Source of the DNA: Piromyces finnis finn
Taxonomy: Eukaryota; Fungi; Neocallimastigomycota
Reading direction: 5' to 3'
DNA: 64,000 bases
Assembly: GCA_002104945.1 (NCBI GenBank)
Contig: MCFH01000005.1
Location: forward strand, 62,001 to 126,000
Part shown: positions 1-12,400 of the stretch, in pieces
How the letters are laid out: each line of letters opens with the position of its first letter
Position numbering within the stretch: the stretch's first letter is position 1
Program-made: the position numbers and the translations under genes
The notes under the pieces: generated by a model
The model's database searches: none
Seen by the model: the letters and a program-made list of their open reading frames with translations, nothing else
What the model was told of the DNA's origin: nothing

Positions 1-3000
1 AACCTCTGCATAAATTTTATTGTCATGTTGGTTAGAAGCAAGATTAGCAAGATCATCATCACTAAATATATCAGTTAAATCGCTCTTAAAAGAATATATA
101 TCTGATGGTACATCTTTACTGAAATTTGAAACTATATCACAGTCTTTACGAGAAGCTTCAGAGTAAGGTATGGAGGAATTGCTTAATCTCTTCTTTTCAA
201 TTAATTTTTTTATAATTTTCTTATATTTGAGACTTTGCTTTTCAAGTTGAACCTTGTGCTTTTCTTTCTGCTTAATTTGTAATTGATAAAGCTTTTCCAT
301 TCTTTCCTGAGCTTGATTAATTCTATCAGAGAGTTCAGCCATTTGTGCTTGAAGAGCTTCATTAATCTTTTCTTTTTCTTCTAATTGATCCTTTAAGTTA
401 TTAATATGTTCTTCATAATTAATGACAGAATCATTCAACGATTGATTTTTGTTTTCAATTTCTTTGACCTTTTCGTTAGATTTTTTAATAATGGCATCTT
501 TTTCATCTAATACACTAATAAGGAAGGAAAGCTTATTTTTTGAACTTTCTAATTCTCTTTCTTTATTTTTTATACTATCATTTGTATTATTAATTTGTTT
601 ATCTTTTTCATTTAAGAGAGCGGATAAATACTCTAATTTTTCTCTTAATTCATCTATATTTTGTTGTCCTTCTTCTGTCCTTTGTTTAAGTTCTTTTTCA
701 AACTTTTTGTATTTTTGACTATTTTTTCTACCTAAAATTTGATTTTCTTCTAATGATAACAATGTATCAGTATACTGCTTTATAATTTCCATTCTGTCCT
801 TAATTTCAGCATCTTTAGCTTCAATAGCTTTTGTAAGAGTCTTAATTTTAGAATCTTCATGTAATTCTTCTTCAATCTTATCGACAGAAGATTCATTCCT
901 TATTGAACATTTACTTTTTTGTTTTTCATTAGTAGTAATATTAGGCATCTTTTTAGTTTGTTCTTCGTTATGCTCAATTTTATTCTCATTATGGATAATT
1001 TTATTATTAATAATATTATCAACAAAACTTTTACTATTTCTTTCTTTAGATTCTGATGAATTCATTTTTGGAGAAATACTTGGCCTTACACTAGATATTC
1101 TACGTGGAACTAATGATGGTAATAAATAAGTTTGAGTTTGAGATTTAACTTCTGATGATTTTGGTAAATTATTAATAGATTCTGTTCCTGGAGAACTACA
1201 ATTTGATTTTGGTGAATTTGATTCTGGTGAATTTGATTCTGGTGAATTTAATTTTGGTAATCTGGTATTAGAAATTTTTATATCATTAGTAATATTATTA
1301 ATACGTTTAAGTGAAGCAGTACGAACTGGTTTTTCATTAGTAATTTTTTTTGTAATTGGTTTATCATTATTAATTACAGTATTTTCAGTAATAATAGTCT
1401 TTTTAATAATACTTGGTTTTTGTATCACCTTGGTTTCAACAGTTGGTTCTAATATCTCATCATCTTCAATTAATGAATCATTTATAAATCCATTTGACTT
1501 TATTGTAGTAGTACTAGTACAAATGGTTTTATTAGTGTCTATGGGTTTTCTTTTGGAAACTGTTATTGTTTCTGTATTGATAGTAATAATTCTTTTCTTA
1601 CCACCGGTTGGTTCATTAACAACTTCTTCAGTTACAACTGGCTCACAATAAGTTTTTTCAGTAACAATTTGTTCTCCGTTTTCAATAGATGATTCTGATT
1701 TGATAATTGTTTGTTCAGTAGTTATTGGAAGAATATTAGAGGTTGATTCATCATTAATACCTTCCATTGCCTTAATTACCTCTTGTGAGTCTTCTTCAAA
1801 GATTGTTTCAAGGTAATCGATATCATTTGAATAATTCATTATTTCATTTTTTGGTTCGTTAATAATATATTCTTTACTTGAAGATTCATCTTCTTCATCT
1901 GAAGAATCCTTAAGATCTCCTGAAACTGACACATATGGAACAGTAAATTTTGTAACAGCTGGTGCAGCTTTTGGAGTAACATCATCATCTGTTTTAAAAA
2001 TATTTTCTCCAAGAATTAAATCATCACCATTATTTATTATAATTTCATCATTAAAAATTCCATCTTGCATAATATTTTCAGAAATATTTTCTTCAATATA
2101 TGAATCGATTACTGAGCTTTCATCGGTATCAGGTTCAATATTTTCTTTTGAATCATCATACATATCTAAATCAACAGGATCAATTTCTTCACCATTTTCA
2201 AGCAATCCTTGGTAATGTTTTCCCCCATGTTCATCAATATAAATGGTTTCTTTAAACTTATTTAACTTTTTCTTTAAAAATGCAATATTTTCTTTTACCA
2301 TAGTTGAATTTGAACTTTCACTGCAATTAATATCAATATTACATTTTATTTGTCGGAAGAGTTGAAGAATGCTTTCCATCTTTCCAATAATTTCTATTTC
2401 TTCAAAAGTGTCAGTTAAATATGGAGTACAATAAAATAAAATAGTTCTGTCTTTACCAGCTAAAGCTTTGCTAACAACTAAATCAAGACATGGACAAAAA
2501 ATAACAATTTTATGAAAAATTTTCTTTAATTCAACATTTGGATAGAGTTCAATTTGATTCAATAATTTATCAGTTATTGTGTGTGAGAAATCAATAAAAT
2601 TAAGTTTTGATTCCAATTTCATCATTTTATTTGTTTTTTTATTCATACGATATTGAGAAAGTGATACATTGAAAATGGTGTGTGAATTTTCGTATTTCTT
2701 ATCTTTATAATGTTTTAAGATTGCTTGCTTAACATCTTTTAAGTTATTAAATCCTTTAAAACTTTCATGTAATGAAACACTTTTAAAATTGTAGTTAGCA
2801 TTTTCATCTGGAATTTCAACTAACGAATAACCAATTTGGTATTTTATATCTTTTTCTTTCATAAAATTTAAAGCTTTAAATATACTAGTAATTGCATATA
2901 AAGCTATACCTTTGGAATCTTTTTTGAAGGCATTTACATTAAAGTTTTCACCAATAAATGTATATGTCTTACCACCATCTTTAGGACCAAATGCCATAAA

Positions 3001-3471
3001 ATTAACATCAATACTATTTAATTTAAAATAAAAAAAAAATTAGAATTTTTCAATTATTTTACTTTAAATAAAAAATTTTTCAAATATTTAAATTGAAATT
3101 TCAATATTAATATCAATTAATTTTTTATTATTACTACAAAAATAGTTTTTTAAATTGAAATTTCAATATCAATTTATTTTTTATTATTGCTACAAAAATA
3201 GTTTTTTAAATAACATATTAAAAATATATATATATATCAATTCTTTTAACACCTACCCTTTCATGAAAGATTTTACAATGGAAAGAATTGAACTATCATA
3301 GATTTTTCTATTTGAAGTAACCTCACTATAAACTATATCATAATAATGAGATTTGCTTTCAATATATGAGTCACTATCATACATAGAAGGTTTTAAACGA
3401 AGAATTGCCTTTATATTCTCTTCTAAAGGAAAATTTTCCTTTCTACTATATTGGGATGAACTTTCAGACAT
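1..3471 (-). CDS. Divergent kinesin-like protein (N-terminal motor-like domain, low-complexity stalk, coiled coil); 3' end beyond the left edge
   Basis: Exon 1 is 3471-3257 (MSESS...ENIKAILRLKP...YDIVY...VKSFMKG), followed by a GT-AG intron at 3256-3014. Exon 2 begins at 3013; the stretches I translated at both ends are open and in the same frame down to base 1. The join gives G-IDVNFMAFGPKDGGKTYTF (kinesin P-loop context), then GIALYAI, YSLVEIPDE, ENSHTIFNV, SKLNFIDF and LDLVVSKALAGKDRTILFYCTP, in kinesin motif order. Confidence 0.8.
3090..3211. repeat. Imperfect ~60-bp tandem duplication inside kinesin intron 1
   Basis: AAATTGAAATTTCAATAT...TTTTATTATT(A/G)CTACAAAAATAGTTTTTTAAAT occurs twice in tandem; each copy contains the palindrome TTGAAATTTCAA. 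Confidence 0.7.
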
Positions 3472-6420
3472 TTTTATATAACAAATACTTTAAATTTTCC
3501 TGATAGTAAATTTTTTATTTCGTTTATTAATAAATATTTATGTATTTTCTTTAAATATTGGTATAAATTATAAATTTTTATTTATTATTTTATAATTGGT
3601 AAAAATGATAATTTATGTGATTCAATATGTAAATGATATTTGTATAAAATTCTACTTTTCCAAGATTAATTATATTAAAGATAATCTTTTTTTTAGTCCT
3701 TAAATTATTAATATTTAATTATTATTTTTAAAATGTACTTTTGTTTATTAAGTTGTTTATTTATTAAATTAATTTATTAACAAAAAAAAAAAGAATTGTA
3801 GGTTGAAAAGAAATTAAAAAGATATATATTATATCTGGAGTACAATATATAACTTCTTAATTTCTTTTTTTTTTTTTTTTTTACTTAAATAATTATTTAA
3901 ATGTAATATAAGTTTATCTGCAATAATGCAGTACTATTATTAACAACAATTAGTATACATTTAATTAAAATTAGTTAAAAAGTATAATGTAACTTTTTTA
4001 TGCATAATAAAACCAAAACAACGTTCTTATATATAAATTTTAATTTTTTCTTCTCCAATGGAATTAAAAATTTTATTCCTTTATTTTATTTAAATGTTTT
4101 AAACATGATATCAATAATCTTATTTAATAATAATATATACTAATATAATTTAATATATTACTCAATATAATTATAATATTGTTAAACATAAATATTATTA
4201 TTTTTATTTATATTTTATTAAATCTATATATAATGTTTTATTGCCATCTTTTACAAAATAAACAAATAGAATCATAATATGTAATTGTATCAAAAAAAAA
4301 AAAAAAAAAACAATAATATTTATTTTTAAAAAATATATATATTTTAAATTAAATAATATATATATTCTATAGAAATTTTATATGTAATATAATACTATAA
4401 AATATTAGTAAAAATAAAATTTTAATTATTAATAATAAGAACAGTAAACCAATTATATTATTCATTGATACTTTATTCAAATATATTTATTATAATTATT
4501 AATTTACATTTATTCAGATATATTTATTATAATTATTAGAATATATATAAAAATATATACTAATATAATGCTTATTTTACTGTATTACCCTAAACAAATA
4601 TTATAATATATTTTTTAAACGTTAAATTCTATTTATAAGTATGGTAATACAAATTTAAAATATTAATAGTTTAATTGATTAAATTATATCTATAATAAAT
4701 ATATATTATATAATTTTATTATAGCTCTATTTATAATCAAATTAATTATTTTAATCCTATTTGCTAAAGTTCTATAGTTTATATGTAAAGCTATTAGACT
4801 TTTAGGTAGTAGTAAAACTATACCGAAAATCATCAAAAAACATCTTAAAATAATTATTATATTAGTATTTATTATATGCATGTTATAAGTTAACTAATAT
4901 ATAAATATTTTATTATTATATTTAACTATAAACTTATCATACAAACAATTACTTTCAACTAGTTACATATTTTTTTGTGTGTTGTTGTTTTAATGAAACA
5001 CGTTACTATAAATAGTAGTAATTAATTAAATTAGCCATACCATAAATTAAAAACAAATAAATTAATAATAAATATTAATGCATTTCAATATATTAAATCT
5101 ACACACAACAACAAAAAAATATTAATACTATAAATCTATATTTTCTAAAAATTATATTTATATATTGTTAAAGTTTACTTTAATTAATAGCAACAATATA
5201 ATAAACTATAATCTTTTATCAGTATTTTTTCTCTATAAAGTCATCATTTTTTTTTATTTATTTTACAAATGAAAAATTAATCTGTAATATTAAAATTTAT
5301 GATAATTTATATATAAAAAAAGTATATTAATTAAACTTTAATATAATTTTTAAAAAAGGTTATATTACAAAATATACAAAATGACTATTAGAAAAGTTAA
5401 ATAAATTATATATTTTTTAGTTGATAATTCAGTATTTAGTATTGTAATCAATTTTAAATATTTAGATTTATTATTATTATTACTAATAACAAAAATATAA
5501 CTTATAAGTAATGATAATATGCAAAATTTAATTATATTTAATCTGTAATTATATTATTACTAATTAAAAAAGTTAAAAATTTTAATATTTTAAAGATAAA
5601 TTTTTATTGCCACTTTACAGGAACAATATATTTTTGAAATTAATCATAAATTTATATATTTTATTATAACTATAATAAAATACTAATTGGATTTAATAAA
5701 TAGTTCTAATTTTATATAAATAAAGCAAAAAAAATTATAGTAAAAGGAATCTATTGAAAATACTTTATTATAATATTATGTAAATGTCAATTTTTTTATA
5801 TATTAATAGCAAATACATATATAAAAAGTGGCATTAACCAAAAATTTAATTAATAATTTATATTATTTATTGTAGAGAAAAACGATTATAATAATTAAAT
5901 AATATTGCATAGAAATAATTATTTATTAATTGGTCATGGTATTGAAATACAAATTATATATAATATTTAAAAATGTAAATTCATTCCATAAGTTCCTTAA
6001 ATTTGATTTTTAACATAAAATAATTATTTTATTGATATTACTTTATAATGAGGTATGGTTTAAATAATCTTTTAAAATTTAAGAACTAAATTTAAAATTT
6101 GAATCACAAAGTCTAAATTTATTTTATTTTAAATTAAGTTTTTTTTTGGAAATTTTTAAAACGCCATTGATTAACTTTTTCAGGTTGTACAAAATTTTTA
6201 ATAATTTAAATTAACACCAAAAAATTTTAATTAAATTTTTATTTAAATTCTATTTAATTATTCTGTATCCTATCATTTTATGAATTAAACTTTTTGTAGA
6301 GCCATATACAATAAAAAAAAGTAAATATCATTATTTTAAATAATAAAATTTATGGAATAATCATATAATAAATTATTAATATAAAGAGTTAATAATAAGT
6401 AACTTTGAAATATTATAAGT

Positions 6421-6625
6421 TTATTAACTTTGTTTCCTCAAATTATTAATATAATAATATTATTACTATTAACTTTGTTTCCTCAAATTATTAATATAAT
6501 AATATTATTACTATTAACTTTGTTTCCTCAAATTATTAATATAATAATATTATTACTATTAACTTTGTTTCCTCAAATTATTAATATAATAATATTATTA
6601 CTATTAACTTTGTTTCCTCAAATTA
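6421..6625. repeat. 45-bp minisatellite, 4 full copies plus a partial fifth
   Basis: The CCTCA core recurs at 6436, 6481, 6526, 6571 and 6616 (period 45). The unit TTATTAACTTTGTTTCCTCAAATTATTAATATAATAATATTATTACTA-like is identical between copies, with no spacers. Confidence 0.95.
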
Positions 6626-6776
6626 TTACTATTACTATTACTATTACTATTACTATTACTATTACTATTACTATTACTATTACTATTACTATTACTATTA
6701 CTATTACTATTACTATTACTATTACTATTACTATTACTATTACTATTACTATTACTATTACTATTACTATTACTAA
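6625..6776. repeat. (ATTACT)n hexanucleotide microsatellite
   Basis: About 25 uninterrupted ATTACT units directly abut the minisatellite. Confidence 0.95.
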
Positions 6777-7985
6777 TAATAATATATTTTGATGAAAAAC
6801 TTTTTAAGCAAACATAAAAAGAATAAGAGAATAAGCTAATTTAATTTATATGGTTTAAATTTTAATTTGAATGAGATTTTAGTTATTGTAATCCATAATA
6901 CCTATAAATCAAAAAATAATAAAAAAGAAAGTGATAAGAATTAATATATAATTTCATTTCTAATAAATAAAAAAAGGTTAGTTTATAATTTAAATTCATA
7001 CCTTACATAAAATAATGTTAATAACATAAATAATGTATGTTAATTTTTCATAATTTATATAAATCCACATTACATCACATGTTCATTTCGTTATAAAATA
7101 ATTATTTTTTTTTATTAAATATAGTATAAAATGAATGATAATATACTAATTATAAAGTTTTTTATATATAAATTTATGATATATTTATTAAGTATAAAGC
7201 AAGATATTGTATATTGATTAAATAGTTATAAGAAAAATAACTTCAATTATCTTTAGTTTTTATTACATTTATAAATAGGTCTTTAAACTTCGTTTAACCC
7301 ATTTATAATAATAATATCTATAATGATAATGGTACATATTCCAACAATTTCATATTTATATTTAATAATGTATACAATGTATAAAGTATTCTATTTAACT
7401 TTGAACTATTTATTGTATTAACAATTTACATTTTATATATAGATAGAATATATTAAATTACTTAAAAAATTATTAAATTAATAATTTTATTTAAGTAATA
7501 AACCAAATTTAAAATAATATAATAATTTTTATTATTAATGATATTAAAAAGATATTAAAAGAAATTAAAAAATATTAAATATTTTTTTTTATTTTTTTAA
7601 AAAATCATTTATAAAAGGTTGTTGGTTATTATAAAGTAAAGTAAATTCATAATCATTAAATATATTATATATATAATATTAAGTATTTATTATTTAAATA
7701 ACAAATAAAATTGTAACAAATATTATTTACTATCCTCCATTATTATTAAAAATACTGAAACAAAAGTAATATTTTATTAACAATTTTTTAAAATCAATAA
7801 AAGTTACTGTTAATAATATTCTATATTTCATTTTTCTTATTCAACATTTTTAATACTATCAAGTAAATAGGAAATATTTTTTTAATAAATATTTATAATA
7901 TTTAAATTATATTTATTTAAACATTTACAACATAAATTTTAAGAAATAAAAAGAGAAAATAAAAAGTGTTTTTCAAATAATATAA

Positions 7986-8082
7986 AATAAAACAAACAAA
8001 CAAACAAACAAACAACAACAACAACTGTAAAAAAAAAAAAAAAAACAAAAAGAAACAATAGCAATAATAGCAATAATAGCAA
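7986..8082. repeat. Compound microsatellite: (AAAC)n, (AAC)n, poly-A, (AATAGC)n
   Basis: Read directly from the sequence. Confidence 0.85.
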
Positions 8083-9467
8083 TATATATATTTATTATAA
8101 AAAATAGTACTTTTTTGAGAATTACTTCTATGAATTATATAAATAATAATAATATTTAAGTAATATAGACCTTTAAAATTTATCATAATGATATAAATAA
8201 AAATAGTACTATTTTAAAGTATTAATTATTAATTAAAAAAAAAATTATGTTTTTTTTTATATTTATTACTAATAAATAATTATTTTATTTTTATAATATT
8301 GAATATTTATAGGTTTCATAAGTAAATATTAAATATATAATTTATAATAAATATTGATATTATTCGTAAATATCAAATGATTCTAAATAAAATTAAAATG
8401 AAATAATAAATTTTGTTTTTATTTTTTTTATTGATTTTTATTTAACTTTTAATAAATTGATATAGTTAAATAAGAATAAATAAATAAAATTAGATATATA
8501 AATATAAAATAATAATATATATGCTAATATATATAAAAGAAAGTTAAATAATGAATAATTCGATATGTATAATATATAACAATTATTTTCTTTTTAAAAA
8601 GAAATTTAGATAATTCATTTTTTTTTATCATATTTAAAAAAAAAAAAAATATATACAGAGAAAGAATAACAAATATATTTAGAAACGACATAAAATTTTT
8701 AATTCAATATATAAATCTAATATTCCTATATCTTTTTTTTATAACAGCAATTGACTTTAAAAGTAATTATTTAATAAGTATAAATTTTAATTTAAATTAT
8801 AAAATTTTGTATTTTTTAAATTAACATTCATATACAAATATTTGTGAATTTTATTATTATTGTAAAACAGATTTTTAATATTTATTATCATGAAATGTAT
8901 TTTACATTTTTAAAATTATTAAAAGAAAAAAAAGATAATTAAATAATTTACATATAACAAAACAACAACAAGACAACAGAAACATATTCAGTTATACTAA
9001 AAAATTTCACAATATTTTAAAAAATTCAAAAGTAAATTTATTATAATAAAGAATAGTTAAAATTTTGTTCCAAATTGTATATAAATATAAACTTAGATGT
9101 TAGTATTGATTCAAATTAAATAAATAAATCAACGAAATATACATTTAAATTATAAACAATAATAAATTAATAAAAGTATTAAAGTAAACAGTATATAGTT
9201 ATTATTATTTATTTTATAAAAGCTTGTAACAAAGTAAAATTTTAAGACAATTCAATAAATAAAAACATAAAAATTCATATTTTATATTTTTTTTAGTGGC
9301 AAGTGAATATATTGTTAATAACAATGATAATATAAGATTTTTTTAAACCAATATTAAATGAATAAAAATATTTTTCTTTCTTTTTTTTTTTTTTGTTTTC
9401 TATTATTTCAATAAAATCTTTTTATACAAGTATTTTAATTTTTTTTTTTTTTTTTTGAAAAAAGAAA

Positions 9468-12400
9468 ATGGAACATAAACTCCAAAGATCAATAAGATTA
9501 GATGGAAAGGCTGAAAGAAGGTTATCTCCTTTAAATCCCTTAGCATCACAAAATAGTAATTCACCTGTAGCTTCATCTTCTATACCTATACAAAAAAATG
9601 ATGATACAACCCCTCATGTTCAATCCCAGCTGAGAAAAAGTACAATCAATAATTTAGAGGAATTTAATAATGTTATAGATAATTCAATAACCACAATACC
9701 AAATTCAAATTTATTGTCGAGTAGTAGTAATAACAATATCAATAATAATAATAATAGTAATGATACAGCTGATTCTTCTTTAAATACAACACCAACAACC
9801 CCCACTAGATCATCATCTATAAATAATAATAATAATAAAAACAATAATAATAACAATAACAAAAACAATAACAGTAACAATAATAATAATAGGAATTTCC
9901 CTGAAGAAACAATTGTAAAAAGAAAAAGTGTTACTGGAATACCACCAAGTTTAAGAAGATTGAGTCGATGTTTATCTGATGCTTCTGAATTAACAATGCC
10001 TAGTGGTGACGATCCGTTATTTTCAATTTCATCGACGGCTTTAATTCAAACACCAACATCTGTAAGACCCATACCAATTCCTAATCCATTACCGCTATGT
10101 CGAATCAATCGCTGTTCAGTATCATTAGAAAACGAAGAAAATACAAGCAATTCCTCATCGTCTTATGCTAATAACACATCATCCGTTAAATTATCTACTA
10201 TAACCTCAACAAATGCTAATATATCATCTTCTAATTATAATCAACCCAGCTCATTTCATTCAATTAATTCAACTAACAATAATGATAATTCAAGCTTAAA
10301 TAATCCTAATGTATCGTCATCACTCTCAACAACAATGTCTTCTATTCCAATTATTGGCAAAAATATTAATAATCAATTTCTAAGTAATAGTGTATCTTCG
10401 TCAATAACTTCAAATAATAGTTTAATTAGTAATAATAGTGTAGTTTCTAATTCAAATATAGTTGGAAGTGGGTTTAATAGAAAGTTTTCCAATTTCATAC
10501 CAAGTAATCCTGCACGAAGAAGATCAAGAGGACTTTCATTTAATAATAATTCAAATTTAGTATCTCATAATTATGTAAATAATTTTTCATCAAATTCTAA
10601 AAATTTCAAAAATATAACTATTCAATCTCAGCAAAATGATGAAATATTTATGATAGATGATAATGATTCTTCTGATGATCCAAAACCACCTTACCCTGCA
10701 AGATTATACGCACTTTCTTCTAGTTCACCATGCATTTATCCTATATTTAAAACCAATAATACATCAAATTTACCAACACCAAATCAACTAAACCCAAACT
10801 TTCATTCACAAGTAAATGCTATACAAAATTCTGAAATATCATCAAAAAAAAATAGTGATGAAATTAATTTCATAAATTATTCATTTAATAAAGATAAAAA
10901 TTATGTAAATATATTTACTTTTTTTTTTTTTTATCAATATATAAATAATTTTATATTATAAAGTATTGTTTTTATTCAAAATTATAAATATATAACTCTC
11001 AAAGTAATTAATAGAAAATTATTTTTATATGTATTCAAATATTTTTATTTTTACTCTATAGAATAAAGATAGCGTATCAAATTCACAAGTTGGAAGACTT
11101 AGAGAAAATTCAAATAAGAGTAGCCATGTTAAAAACATTGGTAAATTAAATAAATATCATTTCTAAAGTTATTATAATAAATATATATATAGGTGCTTTT
11201 TTTTATGTTTATAAAAAAAAATAATTATTAATATAATATCTAAATATTTATTATTATATATAAGAAAAATTACGATCATTTAGAACTAGGACATTTTCGG
11301 CGAATTTTGAGGCAAATAATTTAAATATTAAAAAAAGGGAATTTCAAAGTTATAATAACAAAAATGAAAATACTTATCAGTATTTAATTAATTTATCACG
11401 TGAAGCTAAAAACTTTAAATGGCGATCACCAAATGAAATAAATGATATATGGAGTGATATTCGGGAGGAATATAAAGAAGAATTTGATAATTTGTATACA
11501 GGAAATGCTTTTTCACCCCCTTTAACCCCAGTTCAAGGGTTTATGTCATTGAGATCTCAAAGTCCTTCTTTATTTATGTTTGATGATGAGTCTGTTGATG
11601 GAGATATCTTTCGTAATAATTTATATAATGATTCATCCATAATAAGTGATAAAAATTCAGTTTCTTCCAAAAGAAATACTTCCCTTTTTATATCTACAAA
11701 TAAATTTACCCATAACAGAAATAAATCGTTTAGTCACGCTATTTCACCTGAGAGTATAACATCATTAAGAAGTCCAAGTATTATTAGCTTTGGTCAGACT
11801 AATTCAAAAATTGTCAATAATCAAAATGGTGAGTCAATAAAGCCTGAAATAATTGAAACAATGGATAATCAAATGATGGTTGGTAATCAAGATATTAATA
11901 ATTCGACTCAACCACCTAATACCTCAGGCTATAATAGATCTTTGAGTGATGGTGATTTGTCAGCTTATTTAAAAGGATTTAGTAATTTAAAATATTCATT
12001 AAAGATTGCCAAAACTGCATGTAATAAAGAATTAACGAAAATCATAAAGATTTTATATGCATATATTGAGGAAGAAATTATGCTTCAAAAACGTCAAATG
12101 ACTGAAAATATTGATATTAACCATTCAGAAACCTCATCTGCAAATCAGGTGTTTAATAATATCAGTGCTTGTACGTTAAAGGTAGCGCCATCAACAATAA
12201 GCAATAATTCTAATAGTATTCAACTCTTTTCTACAAAATATAACTCAGATAATGAGGATGATATTTCTAATTATTCGATTTCTTCAAGTCTTGAAAATTC
12301 AAATGTTCGGAAAAATAATGTTAATGAAGATAATGCTGAAAGAAATGATGATACCCAAAGTCAAATGAAACAAATATCAAATGATAATATCATTTCAACT

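Noticed and set aside
449-1651. Plus-strand ORFs 449-718 and 1430-1651
   Set aside because: Antisense shadows of the kinesin-like coding frame.
6421-6625. 45-bp direct repeats as a CRISPR array; ORF 6430-6792
   Set aside because: The units are contiguous and identical with no spacers, there are no cas genes and the context is eukaryotic. The ORF is just the translation of the repeat.
3500-9400. Small ORFs 4690-4881 and 7917-8186 in the AT-rich intergenic region
   Set aside because: Compositionally biased or microsatellite-derived, with no splice-supported continuation or recognisable motif.
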